From Marsupella aquatica (taxonomy: Eukaryota; Plantae; Marchantiophyta): 64,000 nucleotides of DNA. The stretch covers positions 8,249,241-8,313,240 of the forward strand of contig OZ316899.1 in NCBI GenBank assembly GCA_973895155.1. The letters are read 5' to 3'. A program made the translations under genes and the position numbers. Of the stretch, positions 50,881 to 62,521 are shown piece after piece. How positions within the stretch are numbered: the stretch's first letter is position 1; each line of letters begins with the position of its first letter. A model generated the notes under the pieces. That model made no database searches. It worked only from the letters and a program-made list of their open reading frames with translations, and was not told the DNA's origin.

Positions 50881-51250
50881 TTACATAAACCTATATCGAG
50901 CCATTCCACACCTTTGTGGGAATGCGGCTTCATTCTTGGCCCCAGTCTCCTTGAATTTTGAACAATTCAAATTCTGACATTGAACAACACCTGTGCAACG
51001 GACCTTGAAAATAGAGCAGTGGTTGCATGGCTTCAGGTTAGCAGATGTGGTGACCAATCTTGTCCATGGGTAGCCATCACTATCACAATCCATGTCTAGA
51101 AGCCCTTGCCCTTGCCCAAATCTTGATTCCACAGGAGGAAGCTCATAGACCTTGTTTCCATTGTAACTTGTGGGAAGTCCATCAACTTGGGAATCAACCC
51201 ATGCAACATCTCTTCTAAATCTAGCAAGCTCACTAGCCCAAGTAAAATTA
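50881..51250 (-). pseudogene. Third Mutator-like GCM-domain fragment
   Basis: SELARF...LPTSYNGNKVYELPPV...DGYPWTRLVTTS...CTGVVQCQNLNC matches transposase 1; ends at a GTAAG donor-like site. Confidence 0.8.
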
Positions 51251-51259
51251 TAGTGTGAG

Positions 51260-53560
51260 AATTTTGAAGTTGTCGTGTTGCGGATTAAGAAACTGCCATA
51301 CTCCGCTGCCCTAGCTGGCTGACCCGATGTAAAATGCAATAGCCAAGTGAGTTGGTCATTCAATCTATCGGCGGCGGCCAGCCATTCGCGTAGGGCCTTC
51401 TTGTTCCACATCTGGATGTGGTTCTCATCGTAGCAATGGACAAAATGCAATGATCTCATGTCATTGGAGAACAGATGCTGGTGCAAATCGTGCCCGTGCT
51501 CATGGAAAGGGTTTCTTTATTCAATGAGGAACGAGTATCCATTCCTATCTTTGTTGAGCTCGTCCACAATTACGCTGCCCCCGGGTACCAACAATCACTC
51601 CAACCAATCTGTGTCCAGACCCGGAAGAACTTGTTCCCGCATAAGGACGGTGCATTCACTAATCACTGCCATCACCATTTCTCTATAGCGGTCCAGTGTG
51701 ATCGGGTTGCCACACACTTTGCATTATGTGTAACCGGGCTTTGATGGAATGAGATCCGGTCTTTTTGGCTTTTTGCCGATGAGCAAGCAGATAAGGGTCT
51801 GGCAAGAAGAAATGTAGCCAAATGGTGTCTCTATTAGCCTGGGTTTATCCTCCACATATGCTAGAATTGCTCTCGCATCTTTGACATCCAGGTCATCCGC
51901 TGCCGCTTGATTCCAAAGAGTGTGACATAACTCCATTGATCACCGCTTGGCACCAGAATTTCATCATTGACAGCATTGGGGTGACATCTGTGGATTCCTT
52001 CCATGCATAACCAGTGAAGAGCGCGCACGCTTTGAGCAAGGACATGATCAAAAACTGCACAAAAAAAATTGTCCGTCAATTTTTAGGCTACCACCTTCGT
52101 TGGATGTGCGAGGGTCCACAAACCGAGCAACAGGTTGTTTAGGACACTATAGTCAAAGTGGTCTGGGTCTATGGGACCCTCTGGAAGGGACTCCAACTGG
52201 ATCTTTAGTGCTTGGAGAAGGACCTTCAAGTGGTCGGGAGCCTTCACAACGAGGAGCACATGGGACCCTGGAGGATCACATGCAGAGAGCAATAAAGTGA
52301 ACAGGAAATTTGTCATGACCAAGCAATACTCCTCTATCGTGGACTCCTAGAGGAACTTGGTGAATCCCTATGGAGGGTCAGGACTCACAACCAATGTCCT
52401 CACTCTGAAATCCGCCTCAACCAAGACTTTTTGCACAAGCGTGGCATACGAGAGCACAACATCCGGGACCCGTGCATATGGGGAACCTTCCCGGCGAGCC
52501 AAATGCATGGGACCACTGATATTGTTGTACGTTGAATTCTCTGGTATGAGTCCTGCCACAACCTTCACTCATCCAGTGGCTCACAGCCACGCGGATAGCT
52601 CTTGAGCGGGAGGATCATTCTGTGCAGGGAGCATCCGCTCCATCTCAAGAATTGCCTTGGACAGCGCAAACTTCAGGCTTTGGTTGCAACCTTGGGCTTG
52701 GTCGGCTGGACATTGGACTGCAAAGTACTTCTTGCCGACACCTTGAACAAGACATTGAACACTGCTGCAATGCATGGTCATATTGGTAACTTTGCGATGC
52801 ACTTGTATCGTGTGATTATGCATAGTCTTCTTACTTGCGCTATGGTAGGTAGTGCAAAAGGGGCACAAGTAGCCTTTGCAAACAACAATATCGGGGACTG
52901 GGGAGACTAATCCCCAAATACAATGATCCCACACTGCATTGGGGGGGTTAATTGCATCCCCGCAATGGTTGTCGATAGTTGTCGCTCATCTTCTCAACTC
53001 CATAAGCTTCATCCCCCATTTCTATGGAGGGGCGCAAAATCCTTCTAGACATGCCTGCAAATCGTCCTCACGCTGGAATTGTCCTAGATCACATTGCAGG
53101 TAATGCACAAGAGCAATGCCATGCCCTCGTACTTCACCACAGACAAATCTGCTTGACTTAACACCTTTGGGGTGTCCACAAATTCTGAGATTGTTGCCAC
53201 CCGGGGACTTTCATTACTGGGAACCGAATCACCCAAATTGCCTGTTGGGATCAATGCACGACTATGGGTTGTCCGTTGGATGTGTTCTTTGGCATAATGG
53301 TTTTGCAAGCGGTCTGGTCAACATAAGTGAGACAAGCAAGAACGGTGAGGGCAGGGCCAATCATGAGCTACAGACATGCGGACTAAAGATATCATGCCAT
53401 CAGCCTTGATGACACTGCAAGTCGACTGATGAACTACTCTCCTATGAGCGGCTCTTTGAGAAAAAGTAACAAACTCCAATCCAGGACACCCATCACACCG
53501 GAACGTCATCGTAATGTCTGCTAGCAAATGAACAGGCTGGGTAGTTATATGTGGCCAACA
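51260..53560 (-). pseudogene. Fungal-type C2H2 - OrsD/DUF3505 - tyrosine-recombinase-like remnant (N-terminal part of telomere-linked RecQ-helicase-type elements)
   Basis: FRCDGC...HRRVVH; LLLCITC; PVPDIVVCKGYLCPFC...MHNHTIQVH...VQCL...KYFAV; LSAWL.ATGW; LLHFTSGQPARAAEY...IRN; many stops; family from remembered motifs. Confidence 0.6.
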
Positions 53561-53639
53561 ATATCATTCAGCTCCAATCAAGCATGATGATATAATCGCA
53601 CCCACAACCACTTTTTCTTGGACGAGACTGAGGGGGGCG

Positions 53640-53855
53640 CCAGCTTGTCATCCGAGAGCAATGGCAGACGCAACCATTCCCTTTACACCTTGACTAGCTT
53701 GTCATCTGAGAGCTATGCCAAATGCAACCGTAAACCCTTTATACCCCGACTAGCTTGTCATTCGAGAGCTATGGCAGATGCAACCATAATTCCCTTTGTA
53801 CCCCCGACTAGCTTGTCCTCCAGGAGCTATGGCAAGCTTAACCATTCCCATTATA
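53640..53855. repeat. Four ~56-bp tandem repeats upstream of the OrsD-like gene
   Basis: AGCTTGTCATCCGAGAGC(A/T)ATGGCA at ~53642, 53696, 53752 and 53810. Confidence 0.85.
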
Positions 53856-56117
53856 CCCAAAAAAACCAAAAACATTGGTTACCCCTTATTTTGTTGGTCA
53901 TCTCTGTCCCCAATTCCTCTGCATCCTTTCACTTGTGCCCTCACGGTGTACAGGCTTTACTAACTCAAGACAATAATAGGCCTGCAAGGTAGCTTTCGAT
54001 CGACGCTCATTGGTTTATTTTAGTTAACATGGTTTATTTTAGTTAACATGTCCTAGCCTATGGTTGATGATGAGGGGTCTCGTGCAAAGATTTCACCACA
54101 AAATACAATATGGAGCCTGATAAGACCCTGCCCTGTCCGGCCAAGTGAGACGCTCCACAACCACCCCTCGGACCTGGTCATGGCAAATGCAGCTTGAGCC
54201 TGACATTACATAATTGTGCCTGGCAGCTGGCGGCTTAGGACTAATCAATGCAACCTATCATTAATTACCCTTGTCATATTCATTCGCCCTTATTTGGAAA
54301 GACGGTCCATCACAATTCAATGGATCGATGGCTGTACTGGTGAGTCATCATAATAATAAGGACCCTAAACTGGCCCCCATCCTTGTTGGCTCAAAGCAAG
54401 ATAGAGTGGGTCTAAGTTGAGAAAATTTAATACCCATCTCAAGACCTATTTGTAATAACATTTTGAAGCGTACAATAGTACCTTAAAGAAGGGAAGTGAG
54501 TTTGAAAAAATTCAAATTCAAAAGTAGTCCACACAGTAAGTTGTAACTACCAGAGTATTGACTCGTCACAGTACAATGATGAGGGCAACGTGAGCGCAAC
54601 TGCTTTACTAGACTTTGTCCAAGTTATGGTGGGAAGGAATTTGAAATTGTACTACCTCTAATCCATCGTTGGATTATGAAGATCGATGGTGGGAGGTTTA
54701 GGGCGAGCATTGTATGATCCTGACCGCCCTTAGTTTGCAAGAAAGATCAGGACCCTACGTTCATAGAGCATGCGGGAGGGGTATAACCACCGTGCCAGGA
54801 AACAGTAAAAAGGAAACAACAAACAGTAAAATGGATGAGAATTTTTGGAAATGTTTGGGAATTTTTTTGGGAATTTTTTTTTGTGGGAAATTTTCTCCTT
54901 TTTTTTGGTTTGTATTTTTGACAATTTTTTACTAGCGCCCCAAGCTAGTAATAGTAGCGCCTGGCGCTAGCCAAAAATGATCGTTTTAAAAAATATTTTG
55001 AAAATTTTGAGTTTTAATAAGAAATTTTTTATATCTCATTTTTGCTCATAACAGTAAAATTTTGCTCATAACGGGATATTATTTTCCTGTTTCCTGACAC
55101 GGTGTAAAGCCTCTGCGGGAGATTGTTGGTCACGACTGAATGTTTGCCTCCGAAGTTGAGCAAGGCGAACCGATGTGCTGCCGCAATTCTGCAAAGAATG
55201 TAGGCTTGTTGCACATTCAATGGTGCTTCCAAGCTTGTGTGATCGATTGGAGCTTGTAGGTGTGATCAGTAATTGGTGAGCTAGCATGATTGACGGACAA
55301 TCAGACGACATTGGATTGAGTTCTTTGATTGCCAAAGTAACTTTATTTGCGCAGGCTTTGATTTGGTTGCTTTTGATTTGCGGATAGTTGTAAAATTTTG
55401 TTTGCCTCTCCAGGATTTGACATTGTTGGCGCCTTAGCCATTGATGTTACAATTGACATGATTTCTTTGTTGTTTGCAGACCTCATTAGAGCTAGGAGGT
55501 GCGGACGTTGCACGGGGCAAACAACATTAGAGCTAGGAGGTGTGGACGCTGCACTGGGTGCTTGAGCCAAATGTCCCCTAAGCTCAGACAAGACTGGTAT
55601 ATTTTGGTCCTGTCATTATAATCTTTTGAGGCAAGAGGATTAAGCTTAGGTCCGTATAGTATGGCGCTCTTGCCCTTATAATATGTTGAACGCCAGGGGA
55701 TTAAAAGTCCCGAGATGGAGTCTCCTCCATGTACACTAATTCAATTGTGGAAATGCTGCTAGAACTTGCATTTTAGGCGTTCGAGCTAGGACAACATTGG
55801 AGCCGGGAGGTGCGGGAGGTAGAGCCAAACGGACAGGTATACTTAAATGCTCTTGCCCTATAAATCTTTTGACACAAGGGGATGAAGCTCAGGTTTGGAT
55901 CTAGTATGGCGCTCATGCCCTTATCATTGGTTCAACATCAGGGGATTGAACTTTGTGAGAGTCTCCGTCATGTTTATACAATCATCCAGCAGTTGTCAGT
56001 TGCATTAGGCAACATTTGAAATGGGGCAAGAGGTGGAAAGCATACATTTCTCTCGGATGCTCGTTAGTTGTCATTAGTTTCATTGATCCTGGCAGACCGG
56101 AGCAGTCGCTTAGCCAG

Positions 56118-58751
56118 ATGACTATACCACCGCTTGGGGACTCACATTGTCGTGACAAATCTGGTCCGTCTGAGTTGGCCATTTATCCTGAGAAGCATCC
56201 TGAACGGGGGTGGACTGTTGACGACTTTGCAAAGGACCTTGACTACTTCCACCATGTGATTGGCTTGCCTAATGACTCGGGAAAGATCCCAAAATACCTC
56301 ACTGCCAAAGATGTGCCAACTACAGCGTTGGAGGCGCATTTTGGAGTGAAGGACAAGAAGAATGGTTATAAGAAGGAAGGGATTGTGGGGATTCCTGCTG
56401 AGGACATCCACAATCTGATCTGTGCATTAGATGGGATCAAGAAATTCCAGCAGTACACTTTGGAGGTTGCCAGGGGACTATACTATGAGCGCATCTTGAA
56501 GAAGGCAGTGAACTGGGCAGCTTGTGGTGTGGACAAGCACAGAGGGAAACTAAGACTAAGGTTTGTGCGCAAAACTCCTCCGTGGCTTGATTTTCCACCA
56601 TGGAAGCGGATTGAGCACATGTATACCCCGCCTCCAGGCTTAAGTTTGAATGGTGTAAGCGAGTTATCAAAGTGTGGGTCAACAAAAAGGAGTGGAGTTC
56701 CAGAAGATTGCCTTAGGGTCCTTCACAATCCATTGAAGGACTGCAAAACAAAGGATTCAGATGTACCCCTGGATGTAGGAGGTAACAGTGATGTGAAACA
56801 TTTGCATGGTGTGATATTGAGCATTGAGGCACCTCCATCCTTAGCATCAGAGCCTGTGCAAGTGAATATTGAGCAACTGAGCAAGCACGGTGCATCCCGG
56901 CCAAGCAACCAGATCAGGACTTTTTAGGAGGCAAAGATTCTACCTCGCAAGAGGTCACATTTGAAGAGCCAAAGGTACAATGTCATGGCGTCACTACTAG
57001 CACACCTGTTTTAGGAAAGCATGTAGTTTTGGAATCCCAGCTAGGGGTTGTGGAGCGCTGTCTTTGAGAGCTTGGCCCGAAGGCAGAGAAGGCTCAAAAT
57101 GTTGCAGTCACGTGCAAAGCACGGATGGATACTGTTTAACTTGAGCTCAAAGAGCTTGGACTGGTGTTGCGTGAATTACAAACTCATAAGGCTAAGTACT
57201 TGGCGGAAATGGATAAGATACATAGTGCTATGGAGGCAAAGGTGGCAGAGAAGAACCAACTTTCTGATGATATTGCCTTGTTCAAAGCAAAGCTGGAAGA
57301 TCCTGATGACGATGACCCAGAAGGAGGTTCTGATCAGGTAACTATACTTCAATCAAGTTCCTTATGTGTTTTGAAGTACTGGCTTCAATGTCTTGAATCT
57401 TGTTTTTGTATTGTTCTTCATTTTGTGTTCTTCATAAGTAATTGTCGTACATAACATCTGAACCAGTTGGGTTGGGACTTTTGTAGGCAATCTATGAGGA
57501 TTATCGAGCCAGATTTCTAGCGTGTTGCAATGAAACAAATCATTTGAAAGATTCCTTATTGTTGCAAGAGGTGTAACATGAACTTTTACTCCCTTAGATC
57601 CAATCAAAGATGATGGAGTTGAGTAGATTGGATGATGAAGAGTACTTTGGAGTTAGCAATGTGCAAACCTTGTCAGATACTGCAGACAAGCTTACAAAAT
57701 TGTATGATGCGGTAAATGCAGAGTGCTCTAGACTTAAACAGCACATGAGTAAAGGCGTAGTTTATGTAAGCCCTGTTACAATTCTGTGTCCCCTACAGTC
57801 GGAAGAAAATTGTTTCCCCATTACAGAATGCCCAGTTTGCTCTCTTGGCTTCTTTTGTAATAATTGGGTTCCAACACCTTGTGGCTATTGTTACCATCCA
57901 AGTTGTTTGTTTCCCTTGCTCCAAAGGGATGAGAGTATAGCCCCTAAGTGCGAAGCTTGTTCTGAAGTGCTTCATCTAGGACGGCTCGAGTGTTGGGGTT
58001 CACCTCAAATGGACCATGCAGAGGTAGTGAAGTTAGTGGATGAGTGGGGTTTGCAAGAACAGTCCATCTCTTTCAAGAAGGACCTAATTGATTTGTACAA
58101 CAACCATGGCTTCAATATTGAATCTAGGAGGAAGAATCAAGCAGCCAAGCACAAGAAAGTGACAAAGTTTTATTCACAAGTATAGCACCAAACCTGGTCA
58201 GTTGTTGTGAGTTCATGATTTGGCTAAGAAGTTTGTAAGTATTAGTGGGTAGATGGCTTCATGGCTGCTCAAAACTAAATCTGGCATGTATTGTGTTGTA
58301 GGAAAGTGTGAAGAAATCAACACTGTACCAGAAAACTGTTGGAAGAGCTGCGCATGTAGATCATGGACTGCTTAGAGTTGCCGTAGAGAACCCACTTGAA
58401 GTAACCACTAAGACTTGCAATGAGTTTCACAATGCAGCCCGGAAGGTGATGGGTGAGGAGGACCTGGCAATTCTGAAGGTCGAGAAGGGCAATGTTGAGT
58501 CTATCCCAGAACTTGGTTCAGTTGTGCAGAATTTGTCAACTGGTTCTCATCCTGATAGTACGACTCCTACGAAGGGGAGTAAGAGACAGCGAACAGAAAA
58601 GAGCACAGAGTCCTTTGCAGTTAGGAAGAAATTGAGGGAAACTACCATCAGTCAAGGATTGGGAGTAGATGTTAATATAAAGTCAAATCTTAAATCAGTA
58701 TCAGGAACCAGAGGACGAGGAAGAGGTTGTGCTGATGCTAAGAAACAGTAA
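56118..58751 (+). pseudogene. Multi-exon gene remnant: helical N-terminal domain, coiled coil, RING-type finger
   Basis: CPVC...PCGYCYHPSCL...KCEAC at ~57830-57960; putative introns from 57338 and from 58180; frameshift near 56920; probably TE-borne. Confidence 0.6.
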
Positions 58752-58939
58752 TAAGTGAGGTTGATTAATCTAGACTACTGATTGACTTTGTAGTGCCATT
58801 AATACCTTTCCCAAGTGGAGTGTTATCCTTGCAGGTGTGTTTGAAGCAACACCAAGGTCAGCGGCTTGCTAGATGGCCAACTTTTCAACCAAGTGTTACT
58901 ACTTTAGTTTAGTAGGATGATTTGGAGATTATTCCTTAA

Positions 58940-59290
58940 TACTTGACTCAATACTCAGCGGTATTACTGGGTACCAATACTCGAAAGTATTATTTGCCAA
59001 TACTTGGCAGTATTACTCCAATTACTTGGTGGTATTGGTCACCAGTACTCAACGGTATTGGGTAGGTATTAAGCAGGATTGGTCAATACTCTGAGGTATT
59101 CGTCACCAATACTCGACGGGTATTGGATTCTAATACTCGAGGGTATTGGTCAACAATACTTGAGGGTATTGGTCGACAATACTCAGAGGTATTGTCTACC
59201 AATACTCAGCGGTATTGGTCACCAATCTATACTTGGGGTATTGGTCACCAATACTTGGCGGTAATGGTCTTGGTATTGGTTACTTGTACT
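58940..59290. repeat. Array of CAATACT-N4-5-GGTATTG imperfect palindromes
   Basis: More than ten units, e.g. CAATACTCAGCGGTATTG. Confidence 0.85.
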
Positions 59291-59469
59291 CAGGAGTTTT
59301 CCGTGGTCGGGAAGTATGATGTCTGTAGTGGTTACAGAAGCTACTAGTTTATAGTGAAGTGCTTGCCATCCTTTCTTCACAATCAGTATTTGAAACGACA
59401 AATGATTTGCAATCCTTTCTTCTAGCTTGAATTGCTTAATTCAAGTGTTAGTTCCATTCATTTCTGCAG

Positions 59470-60619
59470 GACTCCTGCAGATTGAGGCAGCCGAGAGGAG
59501 CTTGGGACAATGGCTATGGATATGACAATGGTGGAGCATTAATGAGAACCAGGGATACTGGTTCATTTTCTGATGCTATTGTGAGTATTGTGAATTTCTC
59601 GTCAATGTTCCCTTATCCTCGTAGATTTACATACAAGGCATGCCCACACCGAGAAGGAAACGGCCGTTTGTGCTTGCTATCAAAGGAGTTGCGCCCTGAT
59701 TCGTGTGGGCATGGGTTGAAGGGTGTTGACAAGTATCGTTTTGAGGTTGTCATTGTTGATGCGGTTACGGGCACGCAAAACCGCTTAAGGCTACCATATG
59801 GGATAGTGCCTCAGTTTGGTTAGGCTTAGAACCTTCAGAATGGGGTAGCGAGGATCATCAGTTATCACTGGCTGATAACTGATATCAATTGTTGATATCA
59901 GTTCTCAGTTTTGTCGCCTTGAAATTTTTGAATCTCAGTTGAGCAACTGAGATGGGGTCTTCGCACTTCCACGCATCTCAGCCGAGCAGTTGAGATTGAC
60001 TCAATCTCAGCTGACCTTGCCAAGATTGATGCACGGACAAAAAATACGGGAAAATTTTTTTTTTGAAAATTTCTGAATTTTTTTTATAATAAAATTCTGA
60101 CAAAATTTTGTGTCCGTAACGTACGGACACCTGGCCATCTTGGTGGGTCTCGCCAAGATGTGGTGTCCGTACGGTATGGACACATATGGTAAAAAAATTC
60201 AAAAAAAGTTTTTTGTTCTCGATCAAAGTTTGAGAAAAAAAATTGGATTTTTTTTTTGCATTTTTTTTGGCACCGCAACTTGGCGGCCTCTCTGAGATGA
60301 CATGGCGACTGATATCAGGTTGACCGATGGAAACACTGATAACTGATGATGTAGCTTTACTCCTTCAAAATTCAGAGGTTGTAATGAGCAGGAGCAATGG
60401 GATTATGTCCGGGCCGTAGCCTTGCAGGGTCGTAGGTGTGAAGTGGCTCTGCGGGTTAAAGAAGGGGAACTCTCTGTGGAAGTTTTGAATGTGTTGGGGA
60501 CGTATCCTCCCCTCCCCTCCCCCCTCTCATTGAGACCAGTACCACAGGGATCTCCCCTTTTGAAGCAACTGGAGGACATTGTTTTGGAGTTACGTAGGCA
60601 AGAGTTAGGCGAGGCATAG
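59470..60619 (+). pseudogene. RPA1 C-terminal-like (zinc-ribbon OB-fold) remnant, split by a MITE
   Basis: YKACP...C...C.H...YRFEVVIVDAVTG, then after a frameshift ATIWDSASVWLGLEPSE|FRGCNEQEQWDY once 59842-60363 is removed. Confidence 0.6.
59842..60363. mobile_element. MITE, ~520 bp, with G-starting TIRs and an 8(-9)-bp TSD (Mutator- or hAT-like)
   Basis: Left GGGGTA...ATCATCAGTTATCA vs right reverse complement GGAGTA...ATCATCAGTTATCA; TSD TTCAGAAT / TTCAAAAT (1 mismatch); host frame restored on removal. Confidence 0.75.
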
Positions 60620-61819
60620 ATCGCAGCATCTTTGAAGTGTAGCAATGGGAGCTGTAGACTTGCAATACTTGTTTGGCAATTTTCAGAGCAATTTTTGGAT
60701 GCGGAATAGGATGTTCTTACCTCACTTGCCTCGCTCCATTAGTCTTTATAGGTCAGTGAGATGGATTAGATGGACTAGATGTGAATCCATCAATTTTGTA
60801 ACCTGCACATGTCTGTACATATGATGGTACAAATTTTGTATATATAAAGCACGGCAATTTGAGTGACTTACTTCTGAGTGTTTTGCCACAATTTATGTTG
60901 ACCTCTTCCTTTGTTCACAGTCTGAAACTTAATGCCTCGTGGACTAAGCTTCCGGCCTTGTCTTTGTAGTATCCTGATCTTTCCCTAGACCTTTCAGTAT
61001 ATACCTTGCATTCAGGCCTCCAAGCACAAATTATATCTGCAAACTGCCTGTCTTCGTAGACCCTTCAGCAATCTCAATGAACAATTTGAACTCTTAATCT
61101 GAAAGCTTAGTGACCTTGGGAATCAAGAGATGGACATAAATATATGGAATTTAGGCCTGCTTCATATTAGGTTCAGGCTTGCAACCACACACTATCTCTG
61201 GGTCTAAAAGCACTGTATATACTTATCATTTAGTGCAAGAAAATTTCACACTAGGCCTTAGTTTTAATTTGGCAGGCCAACATTCTATTGAACTTGATTG
61301 TGTAGGATACCTTGAGTTCTTAACAATTGTCAAATTCCAGTTGCTTGTTTACAAAGGAACCAATGCATGTGAGGTGAACCAAGTACATGCTCTGAAGATC
61401 ATCATAGAGTCAAGTTATGTACACAATCCATTTTGTTTGATAATAAAGGGACTGCATTTAATAATTCAAGGTTCGAGCTACATTGGAACAATTGCCACTC
61501 AGTGGAATGCTCGTGACACCATGGTTCTTAAAGCTCACTGTAGCTATATTCTGAACAAGGTGCCACTTAGTGGAATATATGCTGGTGACACCATGGTCTA
61601 AAGCTCACTATATGACTACCCGTATGACTAAATTACTGATCAACTCTCATAGTTTTTTTGGTCTCTTTTTATACAACATATGCACCTCTGTAACTAGACT
61701 ATGAGACTTATGCTACAAACAAATTGCATAGAAGTACTCCATCTGAACAAAAGTCATTAAATCAAGCCAGAGTTATATGATAGAGTTATAATCATGCAAA
61801 AATGTTGCATATTGCCGAA

Positions 61820-62260
61820 CAAGTATTACCTAATTATGAAGGTATTGTAAAGTATTGGTATTATGTAATACTGGGTATTTGGTATTAGTATTATCCAATA
61901 CCATGTACTATAGATTATTGGTATTATCTACTATAAGGTATTGAGTACTATGTACTATAAGGTATTGGGTATTGGGTTTAGGGTTTAGGGTTTAGGTATA
62001 TACAGTATTATTGGCCAATAAGTGGTATTGGGTATTATAAAGTATTAATTGGTATTACATAATGACAGGTATTGAGAGCTATGGTATTAGTATTACCAAA
62101 CACTTGGTATTATGGTACTTTAAGGTATATCATATTGGGATGTATTGAGTACTAAAAAAGTATTAGTAATACCGAATAGTATTGGAAGTTCTCCAAATGG
62201 TATTGAGTATTATTGAGTGGTATTGGCTCATACTATGAAGTATTGAGTAGTATTATCAAG
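61820..62260. repeat. Low-complexity GGTATT(G/A) array with an embedded telomeric tract (61974-61996)
   Basis: Dense GGTATTG/AGTATT motifs; GGGTTTAGGGTTTAGGGTTTAGG. Confidence 0.8.
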
Positions 62261-62521
62261 TAGGTAACAGTAAACATAGTGTCATGAACAAAGTAGCATT
62301 GATGCAATATTAACAAAGCAAGTTAAAAGAGGAATAGGCTTAATTAAGGTTTAGGTAAACTTACTTATAGTAGAATGATGCAAACTAGCTATACGAATTC
62401 ACAGTACTCACTTGAGGATTTGCCCTGCACCACACAAAACCACTTGCGATTAAATGCCCCATCATGCACCCGATCATGCAATCTATGATAGATCACTATA
62501 CTTAGAAACCAGTCAATCACC

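Noticed and set aside
50881-51486. 201-aa ORF as a genuine recombinase-GCM fusion protein
   Set aside because: Both halves are truncated fragments of different decayed elements joined near 51260; an in-frame join is expected one time in three by chance
60700-61800. ORF 61179-61601 as a gene
   Set aside because: No recognisable motif, AT-rich non-coding-like composition and an internal short duplication
61974-61996. Chromosome end or telomere healing site
   Set aside because: Only ~3 units here and at 24693, with ordinary sequence on both sides; consistent with short interstitial telo-box-like tracts
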